DNA of 64,000 nt from contig DDZV01000005.1 of assembly GCA_002346475.1 (NCBI GenBank), positions 2,393 through 66,392 of the forward strand, in the 5' to 3' direction. Shown here in pieces: positions 54,687 through 61,048 of this stretch (positions are counted from its first letter, which is position 1; each line of letters begins with the position of its first letter). The translations under genes were made by a program, and so were the position numbers. Source of the DNA: Acidobacteria bacterium UBA2999. Its GTDB lineage: Bacteria > Acidobacteriota > Vicinamibacteria > Vicinamibacterales > UBA2999. Under the pieces are notes generated by a model. It searched no databases and was not told where the DNA came from. It was given only the letters and a program-made list of their open reading frames with translations.

Positions 54687-56222
54687 TTATTGAGGGATGG
54701 TACAAGTAAAGTTGCTTTCGTTATTTGAATCGCCACTTCCATCGTAAACTGCTACTTCTGGGTAAGGACAGACGGGACGTGTTAGTGCTATGTGTCCATC
54801 TTGATTACGTTTCGAGGCCACAAGACGATTAGGGGCTTGTCCATCTTCTACCCATGTACGTATTGCCTCAACCCAGTCAACTTGGTCTGGCCCTGGCCCA
54901 TTTGCGCAGTGCAAGACACCAGGTAACATGTAGAGTCGCGCATAGTCACGAACATTGTTATCACGTGCTTCGAGTTCTTCGTAATAATTGATTGTCCCGA
55001 GTGGTGTTAGTGCAAGGTCAGACCACCCGGTCCAGTAGATAATTTTTCCGTTTTGCTCCCGAAACGCGCTCAGGTCTGTGTCAATTGCATCAAGTATTTT
55101 TGATGCAGCCGCTGTGTCTGTTTTCCATGTTGAGAAATCGTATGTCGTGTAGTCCCATTCAGGATCGTTAAATACGAAGTACTTATAAAGTTCAGTGCCA
55201 AAGCCATAATGCGCGTTTGGCATGCCTGGCATTTGTAATGGTCCGCCACCAACGACCCATGAATCCCATCCACCTGGTTCGTTTTCTCCACCGTAATTAA
55301 ATCCAAAGAAGAGCTGTTCGTCGTTGGCAGTTGGTCCGTTATAGACCGCTTGGATAGCAGCAAGTTGACGTGACGTTACACAATCAGTTGCGCTCGTGTC
55401 GTTAGGACATAATGGGAGGTCTGTCGGAGAGAATGGGCACTGCCGAGGATCGGTCATCATCCCGTCCTTTACTCCATCAGCTTCGTCACAGGCAGAGAGA
55501 ATGCTTGAGCTTAACAGTTCAAGATTTTCTGGTGTTAAAACAGGATTGTTAGTATCCCCAGTGGGATAGATGGCTTGCTGAGTTTGCACAAACCCAGCCG
55601 TGAGTGCAGTCCAGTAATAAGCTGGGGCACCAGCGACAATGCCATCAAAATCGTTCGGGTATCGCTGTGATTCCATCATTCCTTGTCCGCCACCGCGTGA
55701 ACAGCCAATAAAGTATGAGTATTCTGGTGCTTGTGTGTAGTAATGCTCGATAAGCGCTTTAGCTACTTCAGCAGTTAAATGAATAGCACGGTGTCCAAAA
55801 TTTTCTTGTCGTTCAGGATTATTCAGAGCCCAACTGGCCTCAATGCCTCCGCCTACATGTCCAGTATCCGTTCCTACGGTTGCATAGCCTTGTTCAAGTG
55901 CGCCATAGCTCAGCGCGGAGTTTTGTACTGTGCCAACATAGCCACCGCCACCTCCCATCATAAAGCGACCGTTCCATTCTTCTGGCAGTAACAGTTCAAA
56001 ATTAATTTCAGTTTCGATCACACCTGTAACCTTGCAGTGACTTGGGCCAACTTCACTTGCTCGGATGTTCTCAGTTTTAGTGATCCTGGAATTGTTTAAT
56101 GTCAGTGCAGTGAGTTCAGTACACGAGCTTTCAACATCCCTTGCTGGACCTGCACAAGCACCAATCACAATAAGAGACGTACCAAGAGTGATCGTGCATG
56201 CATAGCGGGTCAGCAGGTCCAT
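54687..56222 (-). CDS. Tannase/feruloyl-esterase-family alpha/beta hydrolase, lipoprotein
   Basis: Lipobox LIVIGAC. The nucleophile motif is GCSRGGGQG and the family is Cys-rich. 511 aa. Confidence 0.82.
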   Translation of the reverse strand: MDLLTRYACTITLGTSLIVIGACAGPARDVESSCTELTALTLNNSRITKTENIRASEVGPSHCKVTGVIETEINFELLLPEEWNGRFMMGGGGGYVGTVQNSALSYGALEQGYATVGTDTGHVGGGIEASWALNNPERQENFGHRAIHLTAEVAKALIEHYYTQAPEYSYFIGCSRGGGQGMMESQRYPNDFDGIVAGAPAYYWTALTAGFVQTQQAIYPTGDTNNPVLTPENLELLSSSILSACDEADGVKDGMMTDPRQCPFSPTDLPLCPNDTSATDCVTSRQLAAIQAVYNGPTANDEQLFFGFNYGGENEPGGWDSWVVGGGPLQMPGMPNAHYGFGTELYKYFVFNDPEWDYTTYDFSTWKTDTAAASKILDAIDTDLSAFREQNGKIIYWTGWSDLALTPLGTINYYEELEARDNNVRDYARLYMLPGVLHCANGPGPDQVDWVEAIRTWVEDGQAPNRLVASKRNQDGHIALTRPVCPYPEVAVYDGSGDSNNESNFTCTIPQ

Positions 56223-56263
56223 TGTTGATCTCCTTGGGTAGAGTACAGCGTTAGTATGGTTAA

Positions 56264-57166
56264 TTAGTGTAGGGCGATGGTTGTGTCAAGAGGCTGGTAC
56301 TCAATTAAGTCCTGACGAATGTGGCGACGTATGCCTCGAAAAAAGACACTTAAGTCTAGGTGGAGATCAAAAGTTGACGGATACCAGACTTCTGGACTAA
56401 CACGTATAAAATCAAGTTGTCCTTTTGCGTGCCGAAGTGTTGCAACAATACCCCAGAGATAGCGAAATGGTTTTTGCATTTCAAATGAGATGCGTGCTAC
56501 TCCGTAGTCGTTTTGCGTGATCCACATTTTTCCTGTCGAACGATTCAATGCTTTGTCCATTCGTTTTTCGTCTGGTAGTTTCCCTTCACGAGGGACAAAT
56601 TCAAGAACCCAGCACAGGTCTTCTCCCACGGTGTCTGTGCCAACAAGTGCTATGTTGTAGCGAGACATCATTTCACGATTAAATTTAACACTGCTGTATT
56701 CGTCGGGTTCATATTCTTCATCCCGTTCTGCATGTTTTTGAACTTCCTCGATAAATTCTCTTTTATCTTTTGCTGCCTTGCGGACATCATCTTCGTCGAG
56801 GGCAAGTCCATCGCGTTCGATGAGTTCTTCGTAAAGAAGTCCTTCGAGTGGGTAGCGTCGGTACTTAGTAGTTTCTGTGTCGGTTACTTCGCCATCACCA
56901 TTAAGTTTCTCGACCGTATACAAAACAATAGATTCAAAATCAAGCTCGCGGTTTGACTCGTCCTGTGCCTCACTTCGTTCAATGGCACGGTCAAGAATCA
57001 TCTCAGCTGTTGCTCGGTTTTGGTCGGCCTCTCGGATGGCCTCGTCTGATGAGACAGACGTGTCTGGCTGAGGACTTTGCGCAAGTATTGTCGTTGTTAC
57101 AAGTGCGAACCCAAGGCACTGTGCTGTAACAAAACTGAGAATAATAATAATCAGTCGCCTACACAC
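56264..57166 (-). CDS. Hypothetical secreted protein (possibly LolA-like fold)
   Basis: N-terminal hydrophobic leader, an acidic middle, and a C-terminal half resembling outer-membrane lipoprotein-sorting-like proteins. The assignment is weak and from recall. Confidence 0.45.
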   Translation of the reverse strand: MCRRLIIIILSFVTAQCLGFALVTTTILAQSPQPDTSVSSDEAIREADQNRATAEMILDRAIERSEAQDESNRELDFESIVLYTVEKLNGDGEVTDTETTKYRRYPLEGLLYEELIERDGLALDEDDVRKAAKDKREFIEEVQKHAERDEEYEPDEYSSVKFNREMMSRYNIALVGTDTVGEDLCWVLEFVPREGKLPDEKRMDKALNRSTGKMWITQNDYGVARISFEMQKPFRYLWGIVATLRHAKGQLDFIRVSPEVWYPSTFDLHLDLSVFFRGIRRHIRQDLIEYQPLDTTIALH

Positions 57167-57415
57167 TGAACAGATTCTCTCCTTGCTTTCGAGATTGCCG
57201 AGTATTATGTGACAACTACAACGATGTCTATGTTAAATACCCCATTATTTGCTCGGTTTCAACTGATAGCTCACAATCATGAAAAAGTTATCTGAGTCAC
57301 AGTGGAATTGGGGGTATATAAGGAGGCAAAGGGATATTTCGGTTGTTGACTAAGAACAGATAAAGCTAATTTCACGCCTGTTCACCTAGGACTGCGTGCT
57401 TAAGGAGATAAAGTA

Positions 57416-57952
57416 ATGGAGAAGGCGATTACTCAACTAGTAAAAGGTTATGAGACCGGTGGTCTCACACGTCGAGGCCTTATTCGAGGCCTCACTATGC
57501 TGTTTGCGGGTACAGCCGCTGCTCCCGCTGCAGCCCAATTACTTGACGGATCAAAAGTGCACGTACATCCTCCGTCACTTCCGTGGGAACCTCTTATCGA
57601 CCATATACAAATTAACTCTCGCGATCCGCAGAAGTCTGCTGAGTTTTATCAGAAGGTATTAGGGCTTGAACTATTGAGAGTAGGCCCAGCTGGTGCTGAG
57701 CGCGACTGTTGTCCAGAGCGAGATGCCTTCCTTGGTGTGAACAATCGCCTCTTGCTTGCCATTCGTAAAAGAGAACCGGTTGGTGCTATTGATCATTGGT
57801 CAATGTTGGCACCTGGCTACGATCGACACCAATTTAAGAGTATTGTCGAGAAACGTGGTGGAACAATTGCGGAACATGATTTAGGTGGACAATATGTCAA
57901 GGATCCAGATGGGGCAATGTTGCAACTGATGGGTCGTCCTGGCGGGTCCTAA
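57416..57952 (+). CDS. Tat-signal VOC (glyoxalase/dioxygenase) family protein
   Basis: Twin-arginine leader TRRGLIRGLTMLFAGTAAAPAAA, then a single VOC-like module (IDHIQINSRDPQKSAEFYQKVLGLE). Confidence 0.68.
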   Translation: MEKAITQLVKGYETGGLTRRGLIRGLTMLFAGTAAAPAAAQLLDGSKVHVHPPSLPWEPLIDHIQINSRDPQKSAEFYQKVLGLELLRVGPAGAERDCCPERDAFLGVNNRLLLAIRKREPVGAIDHWSMLAPGYDRHQFKSIVEKRGGTIAEHDLGGQYVKDPDGAMLQLMGRPGGS

Positions 57953-57976
57953 ATTATTACCATGTTTTAGTACATA

Positions 57977-58013
57977 CCCATCACACCAGTGAAAGAGTAA
58001 CTGGTGTGATGGG
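57977..58013. terminator. Perfect 14-bp stem / 9-nt loop hairpin between convergent genes
   Basis: CCCATCACACCAGT (57977-57990) and ACTGGTGTGATGGG (58000-58013) are exact reverse complements. No clear U-tract follows on either strand. Confidence 0.45.
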
Positions 58014-58031
58014 GTGTACAGTGCCAATTGT

Positions 58032-58649
58032 TTATCGAGGTTGGTACGCTGCGTGATGTCCGCCGTTTGGAGAGTAGTCAGCTGACACCGGTTCGGAAAT
58101 GATTGTGTAATCTTTGCTTCTAAATCCCCAGGCACTTGTAATGGTAAATGCTTCCCAGCACCATTTTTGTTCACCTTCATTGCGCATCACACCCTCGTAA
58201 CGTCCACCTTGTACTCCGCCTGCACCTGAAGTCATGAAATAAGCAGTTACATCAGCTTTCGCAAGGTCTTGATGTACGTTTACAGCAAGGTTTGAAGTGT
58301 GATGTCCGCCACCAATGCGGGGTCCACGAGCACTGTAGTTTTCATAGAGAGGTGCAATATCATCGCGACCTTCAAAATGCAGGTCGTCACCGCCCGCTCC
58401 AGGAAAGTTCGGTACATCGAGGATTGCGTCTTCGCAAAAGACTGCAAGAATTTGGTCATGGCCCAGACCTGAGTCCATTGAGTAGAGATACTGGTTGAAG
58501 GTGCTAAGTACTGCTTCCTTGGCTTCCAGTCGTGCGATACGTTCTCTTAACTCTTGTAGTTCTTCTGGTGGTTGACCATTTGTACAACCAAGCCCTACAG
58601 CACCCATAAAAATCACTACAGTCATTGCTGATAATCCAAATTTCGTCAT
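58032..58649 (-). CDS. SnoaL/NTF2-like lipoprotein
   Basis: Lipobox AVGLGC. The ~180-aa mature part has an NTF2-like pattern, an assignment made from size and pattern only. Confidence 0.55.
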   Translation of the reverse strand: MTKFGLSAMTVVIFMGAVGLGCTNGQPPEELQELRERIARLEAKEAVLSTFNQYLYSMDSGLGHDQILAVFCEDAILDVPNFPGAGGDDLHFEGRDDIAPLYENYSARGPRIGGGHHTSNLAVNVHQDLAKADVTAYFMTSGAGGVQGGRYEGVMRNEGEQKWCWEAFTITSAWGFRSKDYTIISEPVSADYSPNGGHHAAYQPR

Positions 58650-59025
58650 TGTTCGCCCCTCTACTTCGTAAAAAGCTACGGTAATCGCACCGACTTGTCG
58701 CGAATCATAACAGTAAGTTTGTTTGGCTGTACTGTTCTTGAAGCAATTTGGTAAAAGCTATTAAATTAAACAGAAAATTCACCATAAACCATTTATAAAT
58801 AAGCAACTTACAGTTACATGCATATTGAGTATTGGCACAAGTACCACTTTGTTTTCTATAACTTCTGGAACCTCGTCCTTGCAAAAATCGTCAATCAAAT
58901 CGTCAGCATTATGTGGAGGAGTCTGTACTAAATAGTGGGTTTTTCGAATAAATATGGATAATCGAGGTTTTTCTCGTCTGATCCAGATCAAGTTCGACCT
59001 AGGGTTTGTTAAAGCGTAGACATTA

Positions 59026-61044
59026 GTGGTGTTTTCTCAGAGAGGAGCGAGTGTGATTTTTCGGGGGGCGTTGCAGCAGGGCATAACAGTATCTGCACTA
59101 ATCGGCTTCTTAATAACGGCAGGTTGTGGTCTTGTTCCTGGAGTGACAGATCGAGAAGGTCCAGCAACCGATGCACTTGCAGTGAATACTCGACAACCTC
59201 AAGTAGCTGTCGAAGTGGCGCCGGCTACGATTGCTGATTTAGAAGTCCATCTTTCTTTTGACGGGACTCTTGAGGGGCGTGCTGAAGTAGATGTTGTTCC
59301 AGATATTGCAGGCAGACTAGAAGCAGTGCGTGTGGAACTTGGTGATCAGGTGAAGCGCGGTCAAGCAATTGCTAAAGTTCGTGACGACGATCTTGCTACC
59401 CAAGTGAGACAGGCGGAGCATGCGTACGAAGTAGCTCGAGCGACATTCCGTCAACGGGAAGTTGATTTAACTCTCGCCGAGACAACCCTCAACCGTTCCC
59501 AAGAACTCTTCGACGAACAGTTACTTGCTCGGGAAACCCTTGATGACGCGAAGGCGCGTGCTCAGGCTGCTGCGGCACAAGTTGATCTGGCTAGAGCTCA
59601 ATTCTCACAGAATGAAGCACGTGTGGACGAATTGCGAATTAAACTTGGCAAAGCGACAGTTCGCTCGCCTGTCAACGGATTCGTTGGCAAGCGACATGTC
59701 GATACAGGTGCCTTTGCATCGACAAATGCACCTATTGTGTCGGTGGTTGATATTGCCCAGGTCAAGTTAGTCGCTAACATCAGCGAGCGTGAGTTCAACC
59801 GTTTGCAAGTCGGTGCTCCAACACGACTTACTGTAGATGCGTATCCTGGTGAAATTTTTACTGGAGAGTTAGCGCGTCTTGCTCCTGTACTTGACCCTCG
59901 TACTCGTATGGCTGAGGTTGAGGTTGAGGTTGCAAACGAAAATTTCCGTTTAAGACCTGGCATGTATGCTCGGGTTGAGATAACGGCAGAGCGTCGGAAA
60001 GATAGCGTGGTCTTGCCACAAGAGGCGCTTGTTGGTGTTGGAGAGACGGCTGGAATTTTTGTTATAGAGCGAACCCCGTCTGGAGATGTTGCGAGATTTG
60101 TGTCAGTTAAAGCGGGTTTGCAGGATGGTGGCCTCGTGGAAATCTTAGAAGGTATATCCGCAGGTCAGTACGCAGTTACCACGGGTGCTTTTGGACTGAC
60201 TGACGGCGATGTCGTAACGGTGCTTGGATCTTTTGAACCGTTGACTCTTGTAGATCAAGATGAGTTATACGCGCGTAGTGAATCAACGTCTGACATGTTG
60301 TCAACAGAACTTCTGCAAGAGATTGACGGTGTAGTACCAACGAATTCTACCCAATTTGAAACAGCAAGCCCCTCTATGGCTACGACTTCTCTTGCTTCGC
60401 AGAGTGCTTTGGAAGGTAATCTCTATACTGTACAAACAAGTGCTATTCGTGAGCGTACTGAGGCCAGAGAAATAGCCAATCAACTTTTTATCAAAGGATA
60501 TGCTGCCTATGTGACGACCTTCACAGAAGGGGCAGATCGTTTATATAGGGTACGAGTTGGTACGTTTGAGGAGCGCGCCGAGGCTGAGGCAGTTGTTACT
60601 CGTCTCGTGCAGGAAGAACAGTTTGGAGATTTTGGAATTCGTGCTTTTGGAGAAGTAGCTGCCGTTAATACTGCGTCGAACCTGGACGTATCTAACCCAT
60701 TGACACCAACACTCCTGCAAGGATCTGAGATGCAGACTGTTACAGGTTCTTTGCTAGTGAACCAGCCGTCTGCGGCTGTCAATATTGAGGTTGAGACACC
60801 AGTGGCTGTGGAAGCAAGTACCTATACAGTGCAAGTAGGGGCGATTCGTGAACGTGCTGAGGCCCAGCAGATGGTCGACCAGCTTTTCGCGAAAGGGTAC
60901 GCTGCCTACGTGACGACTATTGCAGAAGGTACGAACCGCTTGTATCGAATACGAGTCGGTGCATTCACGGATCGCAGTGAAGCAGAAGCAATGGCTGCAC
61001 GTCTTCAAGAGGACGAACAATTCAAAACCTGGATTACTAAATAG
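59026..61044 (+). CDS. RND efflux periplasmic adaptor (MFP/HlyD family) with two C-terminal SPOR domains
   Basis: The adaptor core has a coiled-coil hairpin (AQVDLARAQFSQNEARVDEL), a lipoyl domain and a beta-barrel (VRSPVNGFVGKRHV). After a linker come two ~68-aa SPOR-like repeats. The in-frame GTG 59053, behind SD AGGAG, is a likelier start than 59026. A possible lipobox is ITAGC. Confidence 0.85.
   Translation: MVFSQRGASVIFRGALQQGITVSALIGFLITAGCGLVPGVTDREGPATDALAVNTRQPQVAVEVAPATIADLEVHLSFDGTLEGRAEVDVVPDIAGRLEAVRVELGDQVKRGQAIAKVRDDDLATQVRQAEHAYEVARATFRQREVDLTLAETTLNRSQELFDEQLLARETLDDAKARAQAAAAQVDLARAQFSQNEARVDELRIKLGKATVRSPVNGFVGKRHVDTGAFASTNAPIVSVVDIAQVKLVANISEREFNRLQVGAPTRLTVDAYPGEIFTGELARLAPVLDPRTRMAEVEVEVANENFRLRPGMYARVEITAERRKDSVVLPQEALVGVGETAGIFVIERTPSGDVARFVSVKAGLQDGGLVEILEGISAGQYAVTTGAFGLTDGDVVTVLGSFEPLTLVDQDELYARSESTSDMLSTELLQEIDGVVPTNSTQFETASPSMATTSLASQSALEGNLYTVQTSAIRERTEAREIANQLFIKGYAAYVTTFTEGADRLYRVRVGTFEERAEAEAVVTRLVQEEQFGDFGIRAFGEVAAVNTASNLDVSNPLTPTLLQGSEMQTVTGSLLVNQPSAAVNIEVETPVAVEASTYTVQVGAIRERAEAQQMVDQLFAKGYAAYVTTIAEGTNRLYRIRVGAFTDRSEAEAMAARLQEDEQFKTWITK
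60418..61023 (+). repeat. Intragenic tandem duplication encoding SPOR repeat 1 (60418-60624) and SPOR repeat 2 (60820-61023)
   Basis: Repeat 1: YTVQTSAIRERTEAREIANQLFIKGYAAYVTTFTEGADRLYRVRVGTFEERAEAEAVVTRL. Repeat 2: YTVQVGAIRERAEAQQMVDQLFAKGYAAYVTTIAEGTNRLYRIRVGAFTDRSEAEAMAARL. DNA similarity between the two is also visible by eye. Confidence 0.7.
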
Positions 61045-61048
61045 TGTT

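Noticed and set aside
52883-58649. A genomic island integrated at tRNA-Arg.
   Set aside because: No integrase is present, I could spot no direct repeat of the tRNA 3' end, and there is no obvious compositional break by eye. I kept it only as a low-interest check, not a call.
58779-58991. A 70-aa minus-strand ORF in the AT-rich gap upstream of the RND operon.
   Set aside because: It has no recognisable motif, RBS or signal, and it lies in AT-rich sequence typical of promoter regions. It is not called as a gene, only flagged within a low-interest finding.
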